A DNA stretch of 64,000 bases from Phycisphaerae bacterium (GTDB taxonomy: Bacteria; Planctomycetota; Phycisphaerae; UBA1845), in assembly GCA_963666835.2 (NCBI GenBank), contig CAXXGO010000006.1, positions 1,056,001 through 1,120,000 on the forward strand. The letters run 5' to 3'. The notes below the pieces were generated by a model, which saw only the letters and a list, made by a program, of their open reading frames with translations, did no database searches and was not told the DNA's origin. Below are positions 32,268 through 42,420 of this stretch, piece by piece (positions within the stretch are counted from its first letter, which is position 1; the number at the start of each line of letters is the position of its first letter). Position numbers and translations under genes: made by a program.

Positions 32268-33227
32268 CAGGCAGGTCTCGTTCCTCGATTATGCGCTACG
32301 CGCTGCATGCCGGCTCACGGGTTGACAAGTTGGCCTATGACACCCAGGTGGCATATCTTGTAGGGTAGGTCGAGGCACGAGACCTGCCGCTGTCTTTGTG
32401 CGACGTGCGCGCTTTTGAGCCTACGCCGAAGGCGTTTCACGACAAAGCCCAGGGTGAACGAAGCGGCGTAGCCGCGAAGTGCCACCCTGGGGCACAAACC
32501 CGCCTTTTGCACCAACCCCGACGTGGGTTGAACAACGGCGGGACCCCGTTGGGGTGCGTTCTTCATGCGATCGTGATCCCAGGGTAGCCGCTCCGCGGCA
32601 ACCCGGGGCTACCGGACGTAACGGCGTAGTTCGGTACGTCGAACATTCCCGCGCAATGCCGCATTCCCTCACACCGGCTGTAGCGGGTGGGGTCCGTTCC
32701 GCGGATCGTATTTGCTCCACGGGTCAACAAGTTGACGCATGCCACCAAGTTGGCTTCCACGTAGGGCACGGTCGAGGTACGAGACCTGCCATCAACGCCG
32801 CAATGGCTCGATCTGCACGAACATGCGCCACCTGCGTGCCTCGCGGAACCAGCCCGCCAGGGTGACAACTCTGCCTAGCTCGCGCGGCGCGAGCCGCGGG
32901 ATCGCGTCGCACGTCGACGCCAGCCCCGCTAGGGGCGGCACTTTGATACTCGGAGGGGGTCCGGCCTTCGCCAACATGCTCTCCGTATGGTGCCGAAACA
33001 TCGGCGTCCGATCCAAACGTCGATGTTCTCTGCCGCCCGCAAGGGGCTTGGGGTGAAGCGGCCGCACGGTCTCCCCAGGCTTACGCCTTGGGGCTACAGG
33101 ACCTGTCGCCCCAAGGGGCTTCACTCCGGCGGGTGCGCTACTGTTCTCGAATAGTACGCTGCCGCCACGGGTGACGCTCCACGGGTCAACAAGCTGGCCG
33201 ATGACACGCAAGTGGCATATGATGCAT
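32268..33227. repeat. Mosaic of REP/MITE-like repeats (BIME-like) between convergent genes
   Basis: GTAG-REP copies (~32270, 32360, 32761), CACGGGTCAACAAGTTG modules, and a ~200-bp unit at ~32420-32615 that recurs inverted at ~47030-47210. Confidence 0.75.
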
Positions 33228-33943
33228 GGCAGGTCTCGTTCCTCGACCATGCCCTACCTGCTGCGCCGCATCGTTTACTCGGGGTTGTCCTGTCAGACGC
33301 CGTCGGCGCACGTTCAGAAGGGGGGGCGTTGCGTAGGGACCATGGCAGGTCTCGTTCCTCGACCGTGCCCTAACTGCTGCGCCGCATCGTTTATTCGGGG
33401 TTGTCCTGTCAGACGCCTTCGGTGCATGTTCAGAAGGGGGGCGTTGGGTAGGGACTACGGCAGGTCTCGTTCCTCGACCGTGCCCTACCTGCTACGCCGC
33501 TTCGTTTATTCGGGGTTGTCCTGTCAGACGCCTTCGGCGCACGTTCAGAAGGGGGGCGTTGCGTAGGGACTACGGCAGGTCTCGTTCCTCGACCATGCCC
33601 TACCTGCTGCGCCGCATCGTTTACTCGGGGTTGTCCTGTCAGACGCCGTCGGCGCACGTTCAGAAGGGGGGCGTTGCGTAGGGACTACGGCAGGTCTCGT
33701 TCCTCGACCGTGCCCTACCTGCTGCGCCGCTTCGTTTATTCGGGGTTGTCCTGTCAGACGCGTTCGGCGCACGTTAAGAAGGGGGGCGTTGCGTAGGGAC
33801 TACGGCAGGTCTCGTTCCTCGACCGTGCCCTACCTGCTACGCCGCTTCGTTTATTCGGGGTTGTCCTGTCAGACGCGTTCGGCGCACGTTAAGAAGCGGA
33901 GCGTAAGGACCACGGCAGGTCTCGTTCCTCGACCGTGCCCTGC
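33228..33943 (-). repeat. Tandem array of seven GTAG-REP copies in ~115-bp units
   Basis: Starts at 33228, 33344, 33459, 33574, 33689, 33804, 33914; linkers nearly identical. Confidence 0.92.
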
Positions 33944-34012
33944 GTGCTGCATGCCGGCTCACGGGTGAACAAGTTGGCCCATGCCACCCGCGTGGCATAT
34001 CTGCTCCGCCGC

Positions 34013-35407
34013 CTACTTGCGCAAGTACGCCAGCGCCGCGGCGATTACCGGGTCGCCGTCTTTGAAATCGGCCGGTTCGGTTACGACCTCAATATCCGGC
34101 GAGATGCCCTGGCCCTCCCACTCGCGGCCGTCCGGCGACATGGTCTTCCAACTCGGCAGATTGACCGTAATGCCGTTGGGCAGCTCGTGTGGCTGAGGGT
34201 TTCCGCTGGAGCCGTAAGACGGCTCACCCACCAGTCGGCACCCGGGCACGGTCTTCATCATCAGCAGAAAGGCCTCGCAACTGCTCATGACGTAACGACC
34301 GGTCAGCACGGCAACCTTCCCGCGGTACTTCGGCCGGTCCCGGCTCGGTTCGAGGACTCGTTTGGTCGGCGCGGTGAAGCCGCTCGGGGCCTTGCGGTCG
34401 CAGTTGACGTGCTGGGCGTACACCACCGGCTCATCCACGAAACACCCGGCGAACTCCTGTGCCACCAACTCTGCACCGCCGGAATTGAAACGCATGTCAA
34501 TGATCAGCCCCGGGCAGTCGGCGAGTTCCTCCAGGGCGACAAAGGCTTGTTCATGGGCTCCGGCTTCCCGGTTCCGCCAGGTGGAGATCAGGATGTAACC
34601 GATCCCATCCGGATAACGGCCGGAGAAGACAGCGGCCGAGCGCTTCGCGAACTCCGGAACCAGCTCGGGCAAGCGGCGCTGGTCGGCGTTGGGTGACACG
34701 AATCGGCGGAAGCACGCGAACCAGCGGTCGCGGAGGCTCACGGAGATATGCACGTCTTTGGCCGCGGCCAGCATGCGGCCGGCGTAGCGGCCGAACTGCT
34801 CCGGTGTGGCCGCCCCGCAGAGCCGCGTCTCGTAATCCGCAAAAAGTTTGTCCCAGTCTATGCCGCGCACCGCGCGATAGGAGTATTCCTCGTTAACCAA
34901 ACGCCGCAGCTCCTTGAAGGCCGCCCGATGTTTCTCGGGCGGCACGTCGCTGGATCCCCCGCGGGTAGCGAAGTTGAGCGAATAGGGACCCGCGGACTCT
35001 CCGCCGGCGTTTCGGAAGTTCATGGCCGAGGGGCAGTTGAGGTTGAAGCCGTAGTCGTGGTTGAGCTTCAGCTTGACGGGTAGTACGAACGTCCGGGCGT
35101 TTTGCCAACTCGCCTCGCCGACCACTTCGGGGAACCAGTCCCCGCCGCCGCACACCGAATGGCCGGTATGGTCCATATCCTGATCAAACTCGACGCGGAT
35201 CTCGGTCAGGCCGGGGTCAACGTCGAAGTCGCCGTCGGCGGGGGTTGTGCGGATTACCGTCGGCGGCGCTGCGTACGTGGGGGGTGACACAACGCCGACA
35301 CTAAGCAGCAAGACGACAAGCACCGCGCCAAGAGGGGGAATGGCGCGATTAGCCGGGTTAGAAGGTGAAGTCGGTACTGTTCCAACGTCTTGGAATGTAT
35401 CCTGCAT
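34013..35407 (-). CDS. S41-family peptidase with N-terminal Ig-like domain
   Basis: Signal-like helix; PTVIRTTPADG..VEFDQDM; IIDMRFNSGG, SSCEAF, VGEPSYG, EGQGISPDI. Confidence 0.9.
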   Translation of the reverse strand: MQDTFQDVGTVPTSPSNPANRAIPPLGAVLVVLLLSVGVVSPPTYAAPPTVIRTTPADGDFDVDPGLTEIRVEFDQDMDHTGHSVCGGGDWFPEVVGEASWQNARTFVLPVKLKLNHDYGFNLNCPSAMNFRNAGGESAGPYSLNFATRGGSSDVPPEKHRAAFKELRRLVNEEYSYRAVRGIDWDKLFADYETRLCGAATPEQFGRYAGRMLAAAKDVHISVSLRDRWFACFRRFVSPNADQRRLPELVPEFAKRSAAVFSGRYPDGIGYILISTWRNREAGAHEQAFVALEELADCPGLIIDMRFNSGGAELVAQEFAGCFVDEPVVYAQHVNCDRKAPSGFTAPTKRVLEPSRDRPKYRGKVAVLTGRYVMSSCEAFLLMMKTVPGCRLVGEPSYGSSGNPQPHELPNGITVNLPSWKTMSPDGREWEGQGISPDIEVVTEPADFKDGDPVIAAALAYLRK

Positions 35408-35545
35408 TGGTCAGCCTCCTTGGTACGAGAATCGTCTGTCGAACAGCGGATCCCGGGCGCTCATCCAGACCAGAACCAGGTCATCGTAACTTCGGAGCGA
35501 TGCCTCGGGTAGCGGGCGGTCTGTCGCTTCTTGTGGATTCGGTCG

Positions 35546-35990
35546 GGTGAAGCACATCGCCGGTACACGCGCTGGGTGAATTTCCGGAAGCGCTGGCGGG
35601 GGGCATCTCTGGCAGGGGCGGTTCTCGTCCTGCGTTCTCGACGAGCACCATCTGCTGGCCGCGGCTCGATATGTCGAGATGAACCCGGTCAAGGCCGGCC
35701 TGCTGGCAACGCCGCAGGCCTACCGCTGGAGCAGTGCCAACGCCCACTTGAAGAGGCGCGACGATTGCCTCGTTCGGGTTGAACCGCTTCTGTCACTAGT
35801 CGGTCCGTGGCGTCGGTTTCTGTCGCAATCGCAAGAAGGCGAGACTATCGAGCGGCTGCAGATGCACGAGCGCACCGGCCGCCCGCTCGGAAACGACTCG
35901 TTCCTGGCAAAGCTCGAAAGACGCCTGGGCCGCCCCCTCCGCCCCCGCAAACCCGGCCGCAAACCGAAGAGACTAACCGATGAGGCCGCG
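35546..35990 (+). pseudogene. 5'-truncated, frameshifted Y1 (IS200-like/RAYT) transposase
   Basis: HRRYTRWVNFRKRWRG, +1 shift in G6 at 35598-35603, HLWQGRFSS..YVEMNPVKAGL..YRWSS..RTGRPLG..RKPGRKPK. Confidence 0.85.
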
Positions 35991-36065
35991 AAATCGGTAT
36001 GGTGTCCCCCGAATTTCGCTCGCGAAATCGGTATGGTGTCCCCCGAATTTCGCCCCCGAATTTCG
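35987..36065. repeat. Duplicated transposase-end motif CGCGAAATCGGTATGGTGTCCCCCGAATTTCG (2 copies plus a partial)
   Basis: Copies at 35987 and 36021; partial at 36053-36065. Confidence 0.85.
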
Positions 36066-36066
36066 C

Positions 36067-36651
36067 GGCGTCAATCCTGATCCGACGCGATTCGACGGTA
36101 TCCTGGTATTGCATGCCCCCGACGCCGACGCCGTCGCTGGCACGTTGGATAGCGCCGCAAACGGAACCGCGACCGTGCAGCCGCGTACGATGGTCGAAGC
36201 GCGACTCGACGACGGGCAGAGGTTACTTGCACTCAACGAACTCTTCGTCGGCGTCCGCACCCATCAGTCGGCGCGGTATTCGCTGCGCTTCGGTAACCAA
36301 GTGGAGCACCAGTGCTCATCGGGGTTGATCGTGGCGACGGGAACCGGCTCCACCGGGTGGGCGCGGTCGATCCTCGGGGAACGGCAGTCGAACTTGATCA
36401 TGCCCGACGCGGGGAGCGATGAGTTGGCCTTCCTGGTGCGTGAAGCCTTCCCCAGCATAACCTCGGGCACCGAACTTACCGAGGGGCTGATCCGAGACTC
36501 CGAGAAACTCGTAGTAGTTTCGGAGGTGAGTGCGAACGGCGTGGTTTTCGGCGACGGAATCGAAGACGACAACCTGCCCTTTGACTGGGGAAGCGTTCTG
36601 ACGGTACGACCTGCGGCCAACAAGCTGCACCTCGTCGTCGGAGCATCGTGA
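36067..36651 (+). pseudogene. N-terminally truncated NAD-kinase-like protein
   Basis: GVNPDP..LLALNELFVG..SSGLIVATGTGSTGW..FGDGIEDD; N-terminal GGDG/GQDG region absent. Confidence 0.75.
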
Positions 36652-36981
36652 ATCTTCTGGTTGCACGCCGGTGCAGTGAGCAAGAACCTGCTCGAAACCG
36701 GTCCTCTTTCTCAACGTTCTACTCTCCATGTACGCCAGAGGCAGGGCTCCGAGTCTACTCATCAGTGCCGAAGCGACACTCTTCCAACAGCCAATCCGCA
36801 ATTGCGCAAACGCGGGGGACATACCGTTTTCTGTTGACGCGTTGGGCAAAGGTCGAAAGACGCCGGGGTCGCCTCCAACGCCCCCGCAGACCGACGAGGT
36901 CGTCGGATTAAGCCGCGGAATACGCTTGGTGCCCCCCGCCCGGAGATTCCCAGGCGGAAATCAAACGGCTAGGATTCTGAG

Positions 36982-37317
36982 ATGGCTGTTATTGGGTTTG
37001 GCGACGATTCGGTTTGGCACGTTGCCGGCTGGTGTCTTCGGCAGCTCTTTGTCGACGTGGAATTGTGCTACAACGTGGATGAGAAGATGGCGTGGAAGTT
37101 CGATCAGGCCAGGGCGTTGAGCGGCCTGCACTTGGATCTAATCGACTCGAGCTTCAGCGCACGCATACTAACGGCACTGAGCGTAACGGTGGCCGCAATA
37201 CTTGACGACTCGATCGTCGAGAAGAGGTCTGCGCCACTGGACGATGAGACGCAGGCGATGTACAAGGCGGCCGTGCAAGAGCTGGCAACCTACGTGAACG
37301 AGAATCTCGCCTTGTAG
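36982..37317 (+). CDS. Hypothetical protein
   Basis: AGGA RBS, ATG start, coding-like composition. Confidence 0.5.
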   Translation: MAVIGFGDDSVWHVAGWCLRQLFVDVELCYNVDEKMAWKFDQARALSGLHLDLIDSSFSARILTALSVTVAAILDDSIVEKRSAPLDDETQAMYKAAVQELATYVNENLAL

Positions 37318-37371
37318 CTTCGAACTCGGCGTACACCACACCCAACAAGTTCGGATGACCGCCGCAATCCG

Positions 37372-38274
37372 TTACAGCTCTTCCGATGCGTCGTCCGCCG
37401 TCTTCGGCGAAGCGGGCGTGCGGCGGTGGGAGGATAGACCGAGCAGGGCTAGCGTGTCGCGCTCGACGATACCTCGCAGATGCTCGCGCGGGATGGTCGG
37501 TAGGCTCGTGCCGTGGATTAAGTGGCTGATACCGTACAGCTCCTCGATCACATGGGAGGCCGGGGCTTTTGGGAAGCCGCTTCCGAACAGCAGCTTGCCC
37601 GTCACCCCGCAGTGGTACGCGCTGAGCAACGCCTCATAGGCCCGCCAGGGTTGCTCCAGAAGCCAACTGATCTCGGCGTACACGTTCTGATGCTTTGCCA
37701 GTAGCACGATTGTCTCATCAACCCACGGAAAGCCCATGTGGGCGATGACGATCTTCAGGTTGGGCAGCTCCCGGGCGATCTCGTCAAGCAGCACCGGGCG
37801 GGCGTACTCCAGCTTCGTGGCCGCCGAGGTGTGTACGCCGGTATGGAACAGGATCGGCATTCCGGCTTGGGAGGCTTCGGCGTAGACCAGCATGGCTTGG
37901 CTGCTGTTGGGGTGGAAATCCTGGGCGGCCGGGGCGACGTTGAGCCCCGGCATGGATAGCTCGGTGCGCGCCCGAGTCATCTCCGCAATCGCCTCCTTCG
38001 GGTTGCTCGGGTCAATCCCCGCTAAGCCGATCATCCGATCGCGATGTTGTCCGACGTACGCGGCCACGCGATCGTTGGGGATGTCCGCATCGAGATACCG
38101 GCTCTGAAACCCGAGCACGAGGGTGACATCGATGGGCTCGGCGGCGGCGAGGTGCCGGGCGATGTCGGCGCCGCATGGATCGGTTCCGTTGCGTGCTTCC
38201 GGATCGACCCCGGCCACACAACGACCAAGCTGGGCCGCCGTCTCCCACGTGTGCGTGTAACAGTCTACTATCAT
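37372..38274 (-). CDS. Amidohydrolase family protein (amidohydro_2-like)
   Basis: IVDCYTH, ILFHTG, IVIAHMGFP, LLFGSGFP. Confidence 0.88.
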   Translation of the reverse strand: MIVDCYTHTWETAAQLGRCVAGVDPEARNGTDPCGADIARHLAAAEPIDVTLVLGFQSRYLDADIPNDRVAAYVGQHRDRMIGLAGIDPSNPKEAIAEMTRARTELSMPGLNVAPAAQDFHPNSSQAMLVYAEASQAGMPILFHTGVHTSAATKLEYARPVLLDEIARELPNLKIVIAHMGFPWVDETIVLLAKHQNVYAEISWLLEQPWRAYEALLSAYHCGVTGKLLFGSGFPKAPASHVIEELYGISHLIHGTSLPTIPREHLRGIVERDTLALLGLSSHRRTPASPKTADDASEEL

Positions 38275-38613
38275 GGAGGTTACGTCGTCTTGCCTATCCC
38301 CGGGGCACCATGCCGCGCGGCCGCGTATCGTACCGCCTCCGGGGCAGTACGGTCAAGCTGGGGTATTTGTCCGAGGTGACCCGATCCATGAGGCCTCGAC
38401 CCTGGGGCGGCCCGCTCGAGTTCCGCCGGGGTATTGCCGTGGGCGGGGCGTCGGACGTGGTCACGAGTGCGGTGAAGCGTTATCCTGGGGCGGTTCGGTG
38501 AATCCACCCGGCGCGGTGGTGGGTTCGGGGGCGGTTGCGTCCTTCGGGCACGCCGTCCGCGGGTGTGCGCGGGGTGACCGGCCGGACGGCGACCGACCAG
38601 GGATGGATGTCAG

Positions 38614-40347
38614 TTGCGAAAGTCGAACCCTTCACAGACTAGCTGGAGTGAATCCGGAGCCCCCTTTGTGGAGCCGGGGGTTGGGTTTGAGGTAGCGACG
38701 CACCGCGGGCTGATTGTGCTCGGGTTGCTGACGCTGATCCTCAAGAGCCTGATCTTCGCGCCGATCTCGTGGTGGCCTCTGGCGTTCGTTTGCCTCGTTC
38801 CGTGGTTGCTCATGGTGGGCGGGGCAACTCTGGCTCCGCGAGTGTACCTGCATAGCTACCTGATGGGGCTGGTGTTCTTCCTGATCAATGTGCGATGGCT
38901 CTATCCGGCGACGGGGGCGGGGTACGTGGCCATGGCGGTATACCTGGCGGCGTACTTCCCGTTGATGGCATGCGCGGTCCGCTCGATCGTGCGCCGGCGC
39001 CGCTGGCCTTTGGCGGTGGCAGTTCCCTTCGTTTGGGTCGGCTGCGAGATGCTCCGGGCAGTCGTGATTTCCGGGTTCCCGTGGTTCTATCTGTCGCACA
39101 GCCTTCACGGCGTGCTGACGCTGATCCAAATCAGCGATCTCGTGGGGGCGTACGGGGTCAGCTTCGTGGTGGCGGCCGTTAACGGAGCGATAGCGGATGT
39201 CATCATCGCCAGATCGGCGGCGCGCCGTGCGGATTCCACCAAGGTGCCGGGGCGATCGTGGCGTTTCAGTGCGGCGTTTGCGGGGTCCCTTCTGGTGGTG
39301 ACGACCGTTTACGGGTGGGTTCGGCTCAGCCAGGATACGATCTCTCCGGGTCCGCGCGTGGCCGTGCTTCAAGGTGATTTCGTCAACGCCGTCTACGATC
39401 AGGGAGCGAGCGAAGAGGAGAAGAGGCGGGTCTACCTGGGGTTGATTGACGAAGCCTCCAAGGAGAAGCCGGACCTGTACCTGCTCCCGGAATCGCCGTG
39501 GTCCATGTACTTGAACAAAGAGGCCCGAGACTACTTTGCATCCTACCGGGAGAGCTACACGCAGTTGCGCGGCCGGGCTATGCGCGACCGGGCGTATCTG
39601 GTGACCGGCAGCGCGAGTTACGTTAAGACTCCGTACGATCTGCTGGCCACCGAACGGCGGTACAACTCGGCAACGATATTCAACCCGGAGGGCACCGAGC
39701 CGGAGCGATATGACAAAGTCCATCTGGTCTACTTTGGTGAGGTCGTGCCGTTTAGGTTCGGCCGGCTGCGTTTCGTCTACTTCTGGCTGAATAAGCTGAT
39801 GCCGTTCAGCGATCACGGAAAGAGAGAATATTCGATCTTCCCGGGCGAGGGGTTCCGCACGTTTTCGATGAATCCGACCTCGCAGCCGGGTGAGTCCTAT
39901 TCGTTCGGAGTGCCGATTTGCTATGAAGATGTTATGCCTTATGTGAGCCGGGAGTTCGTCTCGGGCGGCGGGGCGAGCAAGCGCGTCGATCTGCTATTGA
40001 ACATCAGCAACGACGGCTGGTTCGGGCGCGGCGTGCAACAGCCGCAGCACCTGGCGATATGCGTGTTCCGCGCGGTTGAGAACCGCGTGGGGATTGCCCG
40101 GGCGGTCAACACGGGCGTCAGCGCGTTTATTCGGCCCGACGGTCGAGTGCATGATGTAGTGACGGGCGATCCTAACACGACATGGCCCGGAGTGAGCGGG
40201 TTCTCCGTAGCGAACGTCGGGGTCGATTCGCGCTACTCGTTCTACTCGCGACACGGGGATTGGTTTGCCTGGCTATGTGCGTTGGTATGGTTGGCGATAT
40301 TCCTGGACTATTGGGTCATCCGCGTGCGCACGCGGGGTGATGGTTAG
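38614..40347 (+). CDS. lnt: Apolipoprotein N-acyltransferase (start uncertain)
   Basis: TM N-half, GFPW, LPES, YDKVHLVYFGE, ICYED, NISNDGWF, RAVENR, RAVNTGVS. Confidence 0.95.
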   Translation: MRKSNPSQTSWSESGAPFVEPGVGFEVATHRGLIVLGLLTLILKSLIFAPISWWPLAFVCLVPWLLMVGGATLAPRVYLHSYLMGLVFFLINVRWLYPATGAGYVAMAVYLAAYFPLMACAVRSIVRRRRWPLAVAVPFVWVGCEMLRAVVISGFPWFYLSHSLHGVLTLIQISDLVGAYGVSFVVAAVNGAIADVIIARSAARRADSTKVPGRSWRFSAAFAGSLLVVTTVYGWVRLSQDTISPGPRVAVLQGDFVNAVYDQGASEEEKRRVYLGLIDEASKEKPDLYLLPESPWSMYLNKEARDYFASYRESYTQLRGRAMRDRAYLVTGSASYVKTPYDLLATERRYNSATIFNPEGTEPERYDKVHLVYFGEVVPFRFGRLRFVYFWLNKLMPFSDHGKREYSIFPGEGFRTFSMNPTSQPGESYSFGVPICYEDVMPYVSREFVSGGGASKRVDLLLNISNDGWFGRGVQQPQHLAICVFRAVENRVGIARAVNTGVSAFIRPDGRVHDVVTGDPNTTWPGVSGFSVANVGVDSRYSFYSRHGDWFAWLCALVWLAIFLDYWVIRVRTRGDG

Positions 40348-40374
40348 GAGGTGCTATGAAAAAGGCGGGTCCTT

Positions 40375-40710
40375 TTTCAGCCTGAAGGCTTCGAGCTGGC
40401 TCCGTGTTCAGGCTGAAAGCCTGCAAGATAGTAGACGGGGGCAAGGACGCGGAGCGGCCGCCGCCCCCGGGTGAGGCCCCAACAATCCAACCAACCCCGA
40501 TAGGGGTGGACGAGGCGGCGTCGATGAACCGCGCTGTTGTTTCAGTCGGGCGGCCTCTTTCGGAATGCGTCAAAAGGAATGGCGTCGTTGGATGGCACAT
40601 TCGCCGGGGCCATTTGACCCTTGCAGGGTCAGGCTGGTCGCGGCGGCGGCGTCCGCCGATGGCGGACTTGCCCCGGGCTACTTCATCTAAGCCCTTCGGG
40701 CTGGAAGAAC
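40375..40710. repeat. Intergenic REP-like palindromes
   Basis: AGCCTGAAGGCT, CAGGCTGAAAGCCTG, ACCCCGATAGGGGT, GACCCTTGCAGGGTC, AGCCCTTCGGGCT. Confidence 0.5.
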
Positions 40711-40818
40711 CGGGGCATAGTACGTATGCCGTAACTACGCTTATATACAAGGCGTTTGATGTCTACCGCGATACAACACAGGGCGAAGGACGGGGCCCCT
40801 GCATAGGAGTCGGATTCA

Positions 40819-41871
40819 GTGAAATATCCCAGGAAAACGGTGGGTGTGGGATTGATCGTAGCATTCCTGGGCGGATGCGCAACGACCGGCCCGACGGGGA
40901 ACGTGGTCAGCCAACGAGAACTCCGCCGCAGGGCGATGGAGTGCCTTCGAGCGGCGGTCGACTTCAGGCCCAATACGGCCGTGCGGGTGGCGGCGGTCGA
41001 AGCCCTCGAGACCTGCCCCTGTGCTCAGAGCCTGCCGTGGATCAGGACTGCGCTGCTCGACGAGCACCCCGCGGTTCGCTTCGCCGGGTGTGTGGCGATC
41101 GGCAACCTGCGCGACACGGTTGCGGAAACGGCGATTCGCGATCGGCTGAGCGACGACGACCCTAGTGTCCGCGCGGCGGCACTATTCGCTATGCACCGGC
41201 TCGGGCATACCGAACAGACGGGAGAGTTGGCTACTTATCTACTCAAACATGAGGACCCGGCCGTGCGGCGCAATGCGGCGATGGTCTTGGGCATGTTTGA
41301 GGAGCCCGGGGTCGTCAAGCTGCTGGCCCGGGCGATGCGCGACTCGGACGCGGGAGTGCGAGACCACGCCTTGGAGGCTATGGCCCGGCTGGGTAACCGT
41401 GACGCGAAGAAGGAGCTGACTTTCGTAACTTCGGCCGGGATCGGATCCGAGGAGGTTTTTGCCGTTTGTGCGCTGGCGGCGACGCGCGATCGGACCTACG
41501 CCGACACGTATCGGTACAAGCTCTCCGCGGCCCCCCATCTGGAGACTCGTCTGGCGGCGGCATACGGGTTGGGCCTTTTGGGTTCGGACGAGGGGTTCGC
41601 TCTGGCGATGCGGGCTCTGCGCTTACGAAAAGCACCCACGCGAGACCCCAACGATTCACCCGCGGGGCAGCTTCTACGAATTCACCAACTGGCGGCCAAG
41701 GCGCTCGGGGCGATCGGTCGAGCGGACGCCCTTCCGCTCTTGCGAGACCATATGGAGAATCAGAACGACCCGCGACTTCAGGTCTCGGCTGCGCGGGCGG
41801 TTCTCGAGATCGTGGAGGCCAACGAGGACGACGGGCTGCCCTTTGCCTGCGAGACCGGAATAAGGCGATAG
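40819..41871 (+). CDS. HEAT-repeat lipoprotein
   Basis: Lipobox-like FLGGC; repeated DxxPxVRxAAxxAL motifs. Confidence 0.88.
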   Translation: MKYPRKTVGVGLIVAFLGGCATTGPTGNVVSQRELRRRAMECLRAAVDFRPNTAVRVAAVEALETCPCAQSLPWIRTALLDEHPAVRFAGCVAIGNLRDTVAETAIRDRLSDDDPSVRAAALFAMHRLGHTEQTGELATYLLKHEDPAVRRNAAMVLGMFEEPGVVKLLARAMRDSDAGVRDHALEAMARLGNRDAKKELTFVTSAGIGSEEVFAVCALAATRDRTYADTYRYKLSAAPHLETRLAAAYGLGLLGSDEGFALAMRALRLRKAPTRDPNDSPAGQLLRIHQLAAKALGAIGRADALPLLRDHMENQNDPRLQVSAARAVLEIVEANEDDGLPFACETGIRR

Positions 41872-41877
41872 CGGATT

Positions 41878-42420
41878 ATGCGGTGGATAGTGTTCATTCC
41901 GGGAGCGTTACTCCTGCTGACCGTACAGTCGGCAATCGCGCCGCGCGTGGAGTTGTTCGGGGCACGACCGGACTGGCTTCTGGCCGTCGTAGTTTTCTTC
42001 GCCCTGTATTCTCCCGCCAAGGACGCCGCGATCGGCGCGTGGGTCATCGGGGCGGGTGCCGATCTTCTCACGATTGAACGCGTCGGTCTGATCGCTCTGA
42101 CGTACCTGCTCATAGCTTTGCTGATTACTTCGGTTCGCGAGTACTTCTTCAGATACCGGGCGCTGACTCAGTTCATCGTGACGCTCGCGGCCGCAATGAT
42201 GGTTCGGCTCGCGTGGAGCGTCTACTCGCGATCGCTCTATGAGCCCGGCGAGCCCTTGTTGGCGGGGCTCATTGGTGGGGTGCTGCTCGGCTCAGTCTAC
42301 ACGGCCGCGTGGGCGCCGCTGCTGCACCGGTTTCTGATGTCCACACCGTACTTCTGGGGGATCGGCCGGCCGCGGTATGGATACACCGGCTCGGTACGAC
42401 TGAACGACGAACGTGTTTGA
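41878..42420 (+). CDS. mreD: Rod shape-determining protein MreD
   Basis: Hydrophobic; GARPDWLL, GAGADLL; upstream of PBP2 and RodA. Confidence 0.85.
   Translation: MRWIVFIPGALLLLTVQSAIAPRVELFGARPDWLLAVVVFFALYSPAKDAAIGAWVIGAGADLLTIERVGLIALTYLLIALLITSVREYFFRYRALTQFIVTLAAAMMVRLAWSVYSRSLYEPGEPLLAGLIGGVLLGSVYTAAWAPLLHRFLMSTPYFWGIGRPRYGYTGSVRLNDERV

Noticed and set aside
33228..33943. CRISPR array (30-nt repeat at regular spacing); also 1-293 and 45964-46282
   Set aside because: Intervening sequences are near-identical copies, not unique spacers; the repeat is dispersed singly elsewhere; no cas genes
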